This document shows, piece by piece, positions 20,466 to 28,824 of a stretch of 64,000 nt of DNA (positions are counted from its first letter, which is position 1; every line of letters begins with the position of its first letter). The position numbers were made by a program, and so were the translations under genes. The DNA comes from an uncultured Chloroflexia bacterium (lineage in GTDB: Bacteria; Chloroflexota; Limnocylindria; Limnocylindrales; CSP1-4): contig CAWEZH010000002.1 of the NCBI GenBank assembly GCA_963813535.1, positions 1,440,001 to 1,504,000 on the forward strand. The letters are read 5' to 3'. The notes beneath the pieces are model-generated. The model ran no database searches. It was not told the origin of the DNA and saw only the letters and a list, made by a program, of their open reading frames with translations.

Positions 20466-23240
20466 TCATCCGGTACCTCCCTCATTCGTTGCCGCGAATC
20501 GACCGGCGAGCTCCGCCCGGTTGCGGACGTTCATCTTGGCGAGCACGTTCGACACGTGACGCTCGACGGTCTTTCGCGACAGGAACAACGTGTCTGCGAT
20601 CTCCGGGTTCGTCGCCCCCTGCGCGATGAGGGTCGCGACTTCCATCTCTCGGCCAGTCAACACCTGGCTGCCGGCACGCGCGTCGGTCTGGCCACGCCGC
20701 CACGTCCGGACGCCAAGCTGACGCAGGCCGCGCTCGGCGAGCCGTGTGATCGCCGGTGCTCCCATCTCCATCGCGCTGGCGGCTACCTCGCGGAACGCCG
20801 TGGCCGCGCCACCGCGATCGACGCTGGTCAATGCACGGGCACGATCGAGGCGGATGAGCTCGCCCTCGAGCCGCGACGCCATCGCGTCCGCGCGGGCCAC
20901 GGCGTCATCCAGGCGCGCGATCCCATCCGGCTTCCGCTCCATCGCCAGGATCAGACCATCGACCCAGGTACGTCGGACGTCGTCGATGGTGACAGGGTCC
21001 GGCACCTCGCGAACCAAGCCGTCGAAGCGCTGCCGCGCGCCGTCCGCGTCGCCGATCCGTGCCAGCGACTCCGCTGCGCCGAGCTCCAGGGCATGCCGGC
21101 ATCGCGGGCAGTTGGCCTCGGCCGCGTCCGCCAGACCGGCATCGATGTGCCTCCTCACCTCGATCGCCGCTCGCGGACCATCGAGGCGAGCGAGCCACGA
21201 CGCGATGACCTGATGGAACGTGATCCGATGGTGAGGGTCGGGCTGCGCGGCGAGACCCGCCAGGAGACCGTCCATCGCCTGCTGGCGGTCGCCGCGCAGG
21301 ACCTCGATCTCCCATGGGGTCATCCGGCTCCGCCCGCGGAACCGTCCGAGATCGCCGATCCGCTCCGCCAGCACGCTGACCTCGGCGAGGACACGTGCGG
21401 CCTCCTCGATGTCTCCGAGCTGCATCCGCTTCTCGACGAGGTAGAACCCGGCGTCGACCGCGATCGATGGCAGAAGACGAGCGTTCGCCTCGGCGACGAC
21501 ATGGGCGTAGCGGTCCGCGGCCGCACGGAGGTTACCGTCCATCTCCTGGGCGAGCCCGGCGTGATAGAGCGCACGCAGGTAGGCGAAATCGCCGGCAGCA
21601 CGGGAGACCCCGACGAGCTCATCGGCGAGAGGCGACAGATCGCCTGAAACCTCGGCCTGGACCTTGGTCTCGAACGCGATCTCGAGCGCGTCGATATACG
21701 CCCGGCGTTGCCGTTCGTCGAGATGGTCGCTACCGCCTGCACCGATCGCGAGGCGCCGAGCTCCTTCGACGGCCCGCCCTGCGATCGACCAGCCGTCGCT
21801 CCCCTGATGCTCGAGCCAGACCGCGACGCGGGCGTCGAGCGCGTCGAGCTCGACGACCTGGACCTCGGTCGGATCGCCCCGTCGACCGCGCTCGACGCAC
21901 GTGCGTGCGTCCGGCGTCCGCCGAAGCTCTGCGGCTGCCTGGCCCGCGGCGATGATCGCGTCGGTTCGCTCGACCCCGTCCCGAAGCTCGTCGGCCAGGC
22001 CCGACCATCCATCGAAGGCCGCCTGATGGTCGCCGGTCTCGGCCGCCAGCGTCGCGATCGACCTGAGGAGGCGAACTCGATCAGGATGCTCGGTCGACGT
22101 CGCGTCCGCCATTGTTCGCAGCATCGCGACACCATCGTTGCCGAGCCACCGACGCCGCGGCGACGTTGCGACGCGGACCGCGAGCGCGACCGGGTCCAGC
22201 CCCGCAGCCACGCGATGCTCCAGTGCCGCACGCAGGATCATCACGTCGTCGGTCTCAGCGGCCGTCTCCAGCAGGAACGCCGCCCACCGTGCATGCAGCT
22301 CGCGCAGCCGGTCGGGTGCGACCTCGGCCCGCGCGGCGGCCCTCGCGAGATCGTGGCTGAACGCCACGCTGCCGCCTCGCGCCAGCACGATCCCTGCGTC
22401 GACCAGCAGGTCGACGGCCCGAGCCGTTCGGGCACCATCCCAACCCGCAAAACGCGCGAGGCCCGCCGGCGACTCGGGGCGACCCGCAGCCGCCAGGATG
22501 TCCATGAGGTCGCCGGCATCGACGTCGCTCGGCCGCGCCAGTGACGGGACGTCGCGTCGGACGTCGACGCCGCGATCGCGCGCGAGGATCTCGATCCAGT
22601 AGGGCGAGCCGGCGGCCATCCGCCATACCCGGGATGCGGCCGACTCGACGTCGCCCCACAGCGAGCGCACCATCTCGACCCCGGCCTCCTCGTCGAGCGG
22701 TTCGAGGTCGATCGACGCGACCCGTCCGACTGCGCCCACGACGTGGACGATCGAGCCATGGAACGAACTCGTCACCGGACCAACGCGACCGGCCGCCAGG
22801 ACGCCCAAGGCCCGGTCAGAGCCGGCGGACGCACGGATCAGGTAGTGACACAGCGCTCGCGTACGCTCGTCCACCCACTGGAGATCGTCGATCACGAGGA
22901 GCGCGCGCCCGGCGTCGGCGAGCCTGCGGTGCGCTGCCTCGAACACTTGGAGCATCTCGGTCGCGGCCTCAGGTGATGCGGTCGACGGAAACGCGTCAAG
23001 CGCCTTCAGCAGGTCCCGAGCAGCCGCAAGCGGGACCTCGCGCTCGGGCTCGTACCCGACGACATCGAACAGGCTCTGCCCGGACATGCGCTCTCGCGCC
23101 TCAGCGAGGAGACGTGTCTTGCCGATCCCCGGTGGGCCGGACAGGACGACCAACAGGACTCGTTTCGGGTCGTCCTCGGCGCGCCCGAGGTCCGCGATCG
23201 CGGCCAGCTCGCGTTCGCGTCCGACGAACGCCGGTTGCAT
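20466..23240 (-). CDS. Large ATP-binding LuxR-family regulator (AAA/STAND-like ATPase + helical region + LuxR HTH)
   Basis: FVGRERE, GPPGIGKT Walker A, VIDDLQW Walker B, C-terminal LTGREMEVA...TNPEIA...TVERHVSN. Confidence 0.92.
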   Translation of the reverse strand: MQPAFVGRERELAAIADLGRAEDDPKRVLLVVLSGPPGIGKTRLLAEARERMSGQSLFDVVGYEPEREVPLAAARDLLKALDAFPSTASPEAATEMLQVFEAAHRRLADAGRALLVIDDLQWVDERTRALCHYLIRASAGSDRALGVLAAGRVGPVTSSFHGSIVHVVGAVGRVASIDLEPLDEEAGVEMVRSLWGDVESAASRVWRMAAGSPYWIEILARDRGVDVRRDVPSLARPSDVDAGDLMDILAAAGRPESPAGLARFAGWDGARTARAVDLLVDAGIVLARGGSVAFSHDLARAAARAEVAPDRLRELHARWAAFLLETAAETDDVMILRAALEHRVAAGLDPVALAVRVATSPRRRWLGNDGVAMLRTMADATSTEHPDRVRLLRSIATLAAETGDHQAAFDGWSGLADELRDGVERTDAIIAAGQAAAELRRTPDARTCVERGRRGDPTEVQVVELDALDARVAVWLEHQGSDGWSIAGRAVEGARRLAIGAGGSDHLDERQRRAYIDALEIAFETKVQAEVSGDLSPLADELVGVSRAAGDFAYLRALYHAGLAQEMDGNLRAAADRYAHVVAEANARLLPSIAVDAGFYLVEKRMQLGDIEEAARVLAEVSVLAERIGDLGRFRGRSRMTPWEIEVLRGDRQQAMDGLLAGLAAQPDPHHRITFHQVIASWLARLDGPRAAIEVRRHIDAGLADAAEANCPRCRHALELGAAESLARIGDADGARQRFDGLVREVPDPVTIDDVRRTWVDGLILAMERKPDGIARLDDAVARADAMASRLEGELIRLDRARALTSVDRGGAATAFREVAASAMEMGAPAITRLAERGLRQLGVRTWRRGQTDARAGSQVLTGREMEVATLIAQGATNPEIADTLFLSRKTVERHVSNVLAKMNVRNRAELAGRFAATNEGGTG

Positions 23241-23277
23241 CCGACAAGCCTACTCCGGCCCCGCCTGTCGTCCGTCG

Positions 23278-24153
23278 TCAGTCGCGGTCGAGCCGTCCCG
23301 GTCGGAGCAGCAGCCACGTGAGCCGGCGGCGCAACCGCCGCGGGTGGTCGGGCGGATCGAGCGTCGTCGGATGGAGGGCCTCGATGACCGGCCCGAGGCG
23401 TTCGGCAAGCCGTTCGCTGAGTAGTCGCGCGAGCTCGAGCTCCTCACGGGATCCCGGAGTCGGGAGGGGCGCGTCGACTGCAAGACCGGCCAGTTGGCGG
23501 ACGGTCGTCGGCGGGAGCACCCGCGAGACCATCCGCCGCCCGACGTACAGCTCTTCCGTGCCGACCATCGCCAACGGGAGGATCGGCGCGTCCGTTCGCT
23601 GGGCGATGATCGCCCAGCCATTGCGCAGCGCCCCCAGCCGACCGGCCGGCCCGCTGACGGTCCCCTCCGGCATCTGGACGAAGACCGCGCCGTTGGCGAC
23701 GACCGCCCGAGCCGACTCGACGTGCGCGTCGATGCCGACGCCGCCGCGCCAGACAGGCAGCAGGCCACCGATCCGCTTGATGAGCCATTCACGCCACGGC
23801 GCGGTGAACGTCGACGGCCCGCTGCCGAGGAACCAGCACCGCGGCTCCGTCGGGAGGGCGTGCATGACGACGAACGGGTCCATCCAGCCGCGGTGTGCGG
23901 CGGCGACCAGCAGGTATCCACCATCCGACGGCACGTGTTCCTGACCCGACGTCGCGATCCGGAACCGGAAGACGACGAAGCACAGGAACCGCACGACCAG
24001 CCGCAGCGACCGATAGAGGACTGACGCTGTCGCCTCGGGCGGGCGACCCAGCCAGGCCAGCCCCTCCGCCGCGCCGCCTCGGGCCGCCGCCATCGCCTCG
24101 GGCGTGATCCGGGCGGGTGGCGGTTTGCGCCGCCGGGCGGCCGGCTCGGTCAT
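23278..24153 (-). CDS. Lysophospholipid acyltransferase (PlsC family)
   Basis: HRGWMD (HX4D), MPEGT. Confidence 0.85.
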   Translation of the reverse strand: MTEPAARRRKPPPARITPEAMAAARGGAAEGLAWLGRPPEATASVLYRSLRLVVRFLCFVVFRFRIATSGQEHVPSDGGYLLVAAAHRGWMDPFVVMHALPTEPRCWFLGSGPSTFTAPWREWLIKRIGGLLPVWRGGVGIDAHVESARAVVANGAVFVQMPEGTVSGPAGRLGALRNGWAIIAQRTDAPILPLAMVGTEELYVGRRMVSRVLPPTTVRQLAGLAVDAPLPTPGSREELELARLLSERLAERLGPVIEALHPTTLDPPDHPRRLRRRLTWLLLRPGRLDRD

Positions 24154-25229
24154 GTCGGTCGTTGGTCGGGCTCGTCGGGCGGGGTGGTCGGCGGCGACTC
24201 GATCTCGTGATCTGCGGCGAGGTCATCGTCGGCATCGATGTCGTCGGCCGGGGCGGCATCGGTGGCCGGCCGGACGTCCTCTTCCTGGTCGATGATCGCG
24301 TCCCAGTCGACCGTCTCCTCAGCCGGAGGGAGGTTCGCCCACGGCTCGTCGATCGGACGCGTCATCCACTCCGCGCCGATGGCGCCCCACGTCGCCCGTT
24401 GCGGGAAGGCCGGGGGCGGGTCGGCCGGATGGCCGCGCCGATGGCGATAGAGCAGCCCGCCGATACCGATCAGGATCACGGTCAGCGAGATGATCTGGGC
24501 GACCGGCACTCCGAAGAACGTCCAGTTGTCGACCCGCAGGAACTCGAGCAGGAACCGCGTCGTTCCGTACCAGGCGAAGAAGACGAGGAGCAGGTCACCC
24601 GGCCGCAGGCGGGAGCGGAACCGGAAACCCAGCCAGATCAGGAATGCGGCCCCAAGGATCCCCGAGATCGACTCGTAGAGGAACAACGGATGGAAGCGTG
24701 TGGTCGCCTCGGGCAACGACGTGCATGGGTACGCGTCCTGCAGCCGGTACGCACAGTCGATTGGGATGCCCCACGGCAGCGACGTCGGCGGTCCGTAGAG
24801 CTCCTGGTTGAAGTAGTTGCCCCAGCGTCCGATGGCCTGCATCACGAACAGGGCGGGCGCGATGATGTCGACCCAGCGAGCGAAGCTGACATGACGGCGG
24901 CGTGCGTACCACCACGCGGCGAGCGTCCCGGTGAGGATGCCGCCGTAGACCCCGAGTCCCGAGTAGGGCGGCAGGATGATCTTCAGCGGGTCGTTCGCGT
25001 ACAGGTGCCACTGGTCGATGACGTGATACAGCCGGCCGCCGATGAGCGCCGCGACCGCCACGATGATGATGCCGTTCCCGATGATCTCGGGGTCCTCCCC
25101 CGCGAGGCGCGCCAGGCGGACCATCAACAGGTACGCAGCGGCCAACCCGAGCGCGTAGCAGATCCCGTACCAGCCGATGCTGAGCGGGCCGAGCTGGAGC
25201 GCGATCGGATCCGGGGGGATGTCGAACAT
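24150..25229 (-). CDS. lgt: Prolipoprotein diacylglyceryl transferase
   Basis: WYG, GGRLYHV, GLGVYGG, QAIGRWGNYFNQELYG, HPLFLYE, RFLLEFLR. Confidence 0.95.
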   Translation of the reverse strand: MFDIPPDPIALQLGPLSIGWYGICYALGLAAAYLLMVRLARLAGEDPEIIGNGIIIVAVAALIGGRLYHVIDQWHLYANDPLKIILPPYSGLGVYGGILTGTLAAWWYARRRHVSFARWVDIIAPALFVMQAIGRWGNYFNQELYGPPTSLPWGIPIDCAYRLQDAYPCTSLPEATTRFHPLFLYESISGILGAAFLIWLGFRFRSRLRPGDLLLVFFAWYGTTRFLLEFLRVDNWTFFGVPVAQIISLTVILIGIGGLLYRHRRGHPADPPPAFPQRATWGAIGAEWMTRPIDEPWANLPPAEETVDWDAIIDQEEDVRPATDAAPADDIDADDDLAADHEIESPPTTPPDEPDQRPT

Positions 25230-25288
25230 AGGCGCGAGTGTATGGCCGCGACCGCCTGGCCGGTGGACCGTCCCTATACTTCGCGGCG

Positions 25289-25843
25289 GTGAACGCCGAG
25301 TTCAACTGGTGGCTGCTCATCGTCGGGCTCGTCGTCGGGGCGGGGCTGGCCTGGTTCGTGCTGATGGATACGCGCCGGCGCGACGTCGATGTCGATGAGC
25401 ACGAACGGCCGCGAGAAGCGCTCTGGCTGGCCCGGATGCTCGCCGACGAGGGACACCCCGTCAGCCCGGAGGCTGCGGACCGGCTGCTCGTCCTCCACAG
25501 GTCCTACCTCGATGCGCCACCGCCGGACGATCCAGAGCCGGCCCCGCCGCCGCCGCCGGACGTGTCTCGCGCCCCGTCCGACACCACAGCGACCGGCCTC
25601 GCCGGAGGCCCCCCGCCGGCGCGCGAGGGGGGTCCGAACCGTCAGAGCTCCCCGGCGATGACCGGATCGGCGCTGAGCGACGTCCCCCCGACGTCCGTCA
25701 GTGAGACGCCGAAGGTGGTCCCGTCAGGGAGGTTGCTGACCTCCGGCGTGTCGCCGACCCAGAATGCGAGGTCGTCGGCGAAGAACATCCGACCGACGTC
25801 AACGCGCTGCCCATCGACCTCGACCCAACAGCGGTACTCCTGA
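25289..25843 (+). CDS. Hypothetical single-TM protein; 3' end uncertain (overlaps anti-sigma gene)
   Basis: TATACT 8 nt before GTG; N-terminal TM; protein-like to about 25560, then low complexity. Confidence 0.55.
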   Translation: MNAEFNWWLLIVGLVVGAGLAWFVLMDTRRRDVDVDEHERPREALWLARMLADEGHPVSPEAADRLLVLHRSYLDAPPPDDPEPAPPPPPDVSRAPSDTTATGLAGGPPPAREGGPNRQSSPAMTGSALSDVPPTSVSETPKVVPSGRLLTSGVSPTQNARSSAKNIRPTSTRCPSTSTQQRYS

Positions 25844-26475
25844 CCACGTGGCGGTTGATCGAGGTCCGACGCGACGACGACGAGCTTCGTCGTCGACGGT
25901 GAGAACAGCAATTCGGCTGTCGTGTCGCCACCATCGCTCGAGGTCAACGTCACGCGCCGGGCGTCGGGGTCGGCGCTGAGGTCGAGGGTCGCGCGGTTGA
26001 CGTTCTCGAGGGCCGTCACCGCCGAGCCGTAGCGCTCGGCATCGGCCCGACCCGCGACGAACGCCAGGGAACCGACGACGAGGACGAGCGCTGCCGCCGC
26101 GACCGCCGCCCACGCCGGGATGCGGGATCGCCGGCCGCGGCGTCCCTCGAGCGGCTGGGCGACGGTCGTGCCGTGGTCGCCGTCGTCATCCGATCGATCC
26201 GGAGCGTCCGTGGCCGCGTCGCGCGACCGCCCGTGCTCGCGCACGTAGGCCAGCGTCCGTTCCCGAAGGTCCGCGGGCGGCGTCGTCCGAACGACGTCCC
26301 GCAGCAATGGTGCTGCCCGCGTCAGCCGGCGCAGCTCTTCGGAGCAGTTGTCGCAGCCAGCCAGGTGCGCGACGACGGCCGCGGCCATCGCGGTGTCGCC
26401 CGCCATCAGCCGTTCGAGCCCACCCGGCTCGACGGCCGCCAGCTCCAGTTGCTCCAGGACGTCGTCGTGATCCAT
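25642..26475 (-). CDS. Anti-sigma factor (zinc-finger HxxxCxxC, TM, RskA-like)
   Basis: HLAGCDNC, PPADLRER, TM, EYRCW, FGVSL; follows an ECF sigma. Confidence 0.85.
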   Translation of the reverse strand: MDHDDVLEQLELAAVEPGGLERLMAGDTAMAAAVVAHLAGCDNCSEELRRLTRAAPLLRDVVRTTPPADLRERTLAYVREHGRSRDAATDAPDRSDDDGDHGTTVAQPLEGRRGRRSRIPAWAAVAAAALVLVVGSLAFVAGRADAERYGSAVTALENVNRATLDLSADPDARRVTLTSSDGGDTTAELLFSPSTTKLVVVASDLDQPPRGQEYRCWVEVDGQRVDVGRMFFADDLAFWVGDTPEVSNLPDGTTFGVSLTDVGGTSLSADPVIAGEL

Positions 26476-26486
26476 CGGTCTCCGTG

Positions 26487-27188
26487 TCAGTGATCGGGAC
26501 CGGCCAGCTCGGCCGGTGCCATGTAGCGGGTGAATTCGGGGCCGACGCCGCTGCCGAGCACCTCACGGAGGTGACGCAGCGCTCGTCGCGTGCGGGTCTT
26601 GACGGTGCCGAGCGGCCATCCGAGCCGCTCCGCGATCTCCGATTGCGACAGGTCCTCGCTGTAGGCCATGACGATCACGACCCGCTCGGCCTCGGGCATC
26701 TCGGCGAGTGCGTGCTGCAGCGCCGTTCGGAGCTCACGGAGTGCCAATTCCCTTTCTGGTGATGCCGGGGGGACGGCCCCCGCCACGATCATGCCGCCGG
26801 CGAGCACGCGTTCGAGCGTGTCCGCGTCGGCCTCGTCCGAGCTGCCGAGCGCCGAGCCGCCCGATGCGGCCGACGACAGCGGTACGAGATTCGGTCGCCG
26901 TCCGGCTGCTCGCAATCGGTCGACGGTCCTGTTGCGGGCGATGGTGTGCAGCCATGCCGCCAACGAGCCGATCGACGGGTCGAACGTCTCTGCACGGTCC
27001 CATAACGCCAGGAAGGTCTCCTGGACGACTTCTTCCGCCATCCCTCGATCCGACGTCAGTCGGCTCGCCGAAGCGAAGACCGCGCCGGCATGCCGGTCAT
27101 AGAGCGCCGCCAGGGCATCGTGCGAACCCGACGCGACCGCCCGGACAAGGGTCGCGTCGGAGCCCGAGCCCGGGTCGGCGCCCGTCAT
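26487..27188 (-). CDS. ECF sigma factor (SigK-like)
   Basis: AEEVVQETF, WLHTIARNRTVDRLR, SQSEIA...PLGTVKTR. Confidence 0.92.
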   Translation of the reverse strand: MTGADPGSGSDATLVRAVASGSHDALAALYDRHAGAVFASASRLTSDRGMAEEVVQETFLALWDRAETFDPSIGSLAAWLHTIARNRTVDRLRAAGRRPNLVPLSSAASGGSALGSSDEADADTLERVLAGGMIVAGAVPPASPERELALRELRTALQHALAEMPEAERVVIVMAYSEDLSQSEIAERLGWPLGTVKTRTRRALRHLREVLGSGVGPEFTRYMAPAELAGPDH

Positions 27189-27243
27189 CGGATACGCCTA
27201 GGGGCGGTCGGCCGGTTTTCGACCGTCGTCGACCGGGTCACGC

Positions 27244-27558
27244 TCACCAGGTCCCGGCTGCATGACGCGCAGTCGCTGCGAGCGATCCGTCCTGGAGATG
27301 CGCTTCGAGGCAGGTCACGCCATCGGGACCGACAAGCGCGTCGTGTGCCGTCCCGGCCAGGAGCTCGAGGCGATCGCCTGCGGCGAGGTCGATCGCGCCC
27401 CCGTCGAGACCGAACCTGATGCTGCCGGCAGTCACCACGATGACCTTGTCGTAGCCGTGGTCGTGCGACGCGTAGCGATCGCCCGGTCCGTTCGACCAGG
27501 CGCCGGGTTGGAGACCTTCCTCGATGAGGCGCCCCCGAAGGGCGCTCGAGTCGGACAT
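27244..27558 (-). CDS. Cupin-domain protein
   Basis: HDH.YDKV...GSIRF, GDRLEL.AGTAHDA. Confidence 0.8.
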   Translation of the reverse strand: MSDSSALRGRLIEEGLQPGAWSNGPGDRYASHDHGYDKVIVVTAGSIRFGLDGGAIDLAAGDRLELLAGTAHDALVGPDGVTCLEAHLQDGSLAATARHAAGTW

Positions 27559-27695
27559 GGCCGAGGCATGGTACCCGCGGTCGGCTCGGAGCGACGCCGA
27601 GCGCAGCGGCGACGTGGCGTCGCGATCGATCCGGAGGCCCGGATCCGGCGAACACGCTGATGGATCCGGCGCGGAGGTCGCCTAGACTCGGTCCG

Positions 27696-28736
27696 ATGCG
27701 CGAGCCGATCCTCTACCTTTCCGCGGATGACGTGATCGCGGCGATGCCGCCCGTGGCCGAACGACTCGAGCTCGCGGAGCGGACGATGACGGCACTCGTC
27801 GATGATGCCGAGCTGCCGCCGAAGATCGGCGTCCATCCACGACCCACCGGGTCGTTCGCCCATGCGATGCCCGCGGCGCTCCGCCCGGCCGCGGCCCCAG
27901 CGGGTCGTGCCATCGATACCGGCAGCGACCTGCTCGGCATAAAGTGGGTCGCCGGCTTCCCGGAGAACCGCGCCGCCGGCCTGCCCGCCATCCACGCCGT
28001 CGTGATCCTCAGCGATCCGGGAACCGGTGAACCGCGCGCGATCCTCGACGGTGGGCCGATCACCGCGCAGCGGACGGCCGCGGTCTCGGGTGTCGCGATC
28101 GCCCGGTTCGGGCCACGCGCCGCGGCCGTGGCAGGCGCGGAGGACCATCCCTCTCGGGCCACGATCGTCGGCGGGGGCGTCCAGGGCAACAGCCACCTCG
28201 ACGTGCTCGGTCACGTGCTGCCGGGTGTGGCGGTGACGATCGTGGATCGCCACCCGGAGCGGGCCGAAGCCCTTGCGGAAACGGCGCGATCGACGCCCGG
28301 CATCGCCACCGCTCAGGCCATGCCGATCGAGCACGTCCGGGACGCAACCGCCGCTGCAGACGTCGTCATCACCGCGGCGTCGTTCACGGAACCCGCGCGG
28401 CGACAGGTCATGGATGGCACATGGCTCGCTCCTTGCGCGCTTGTCGTGCCGGTCGACTACGCCACGATGTGCGCCGCATCGGTCGCCCGCGACGCGGCCC
28501 TCTTCCTCGTCGACGACCGCGGACAGTTCCTGGCCAATCGCGAGGCCGGCCAGTTCGACGACTATCCCGATCCGACCGCCACCCTCGGCGAGGCGATCCT
28601 GGAGGGGACCATCCGGCCCTCGAGCGGGCGCGTCGTGGCGACCCATCTCGGCGTCGGCCTGGCCGACGTCGTCTTCGCGGACGCGATCGTCCGACGTGCT
28701 GAGGCGGCCGGGCTCGGCACCCGCCTGCCCCGCTGA
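27696..28736 (+). CDS. Ornithine cyclodeaminase/mu-crystallin family protein
   Basis: AMPA, GIKWV, ITAQRTAA, GGGVQG, LGVGLADV. Confidence 0.88.
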   Translation: MREPILYLSADDVIAAMPPVAERLELAERTMTALVDDAELPPKIGVHPRPTGSFAHAMPAALRPAAAPAGRAIDTGSDLLGIKWVAGFPENRAAGLPAIHAVVILSDPGTGEPRAILDGGPITAQRTAAVSGVAIARFGPRAAAVAGAEDHPSRATIVGGGVQGNSHLDVLGHVLPGVAVTIVDRHPERAEALAETARSTPGIATAQAMPIEHVRDATAAADVVITAASFTEPARRQVMDGTWLAPCALVVPVDYATMCAASVARDAALFLVDDRGQFLANREAGQFDDYPDPTATLGEAILEGTIRPSSGRVVATHLGVGLADVVFADAIVRRAEAAGLGTRLPR

Positions 28737-28824
28737 CCGCCCGACCCCTCGCTGAGCGCCGACACGCGGGAGACCGCACACTAGGGCCTCGGGGGATGAG
28801 GAGGATCGAGGACCGAGGAGGAGC

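Noticed and set aside
27600-27672. Three GATCCGG copies
   Set aside because: Short, irregularly spaced and expected at this GC content.
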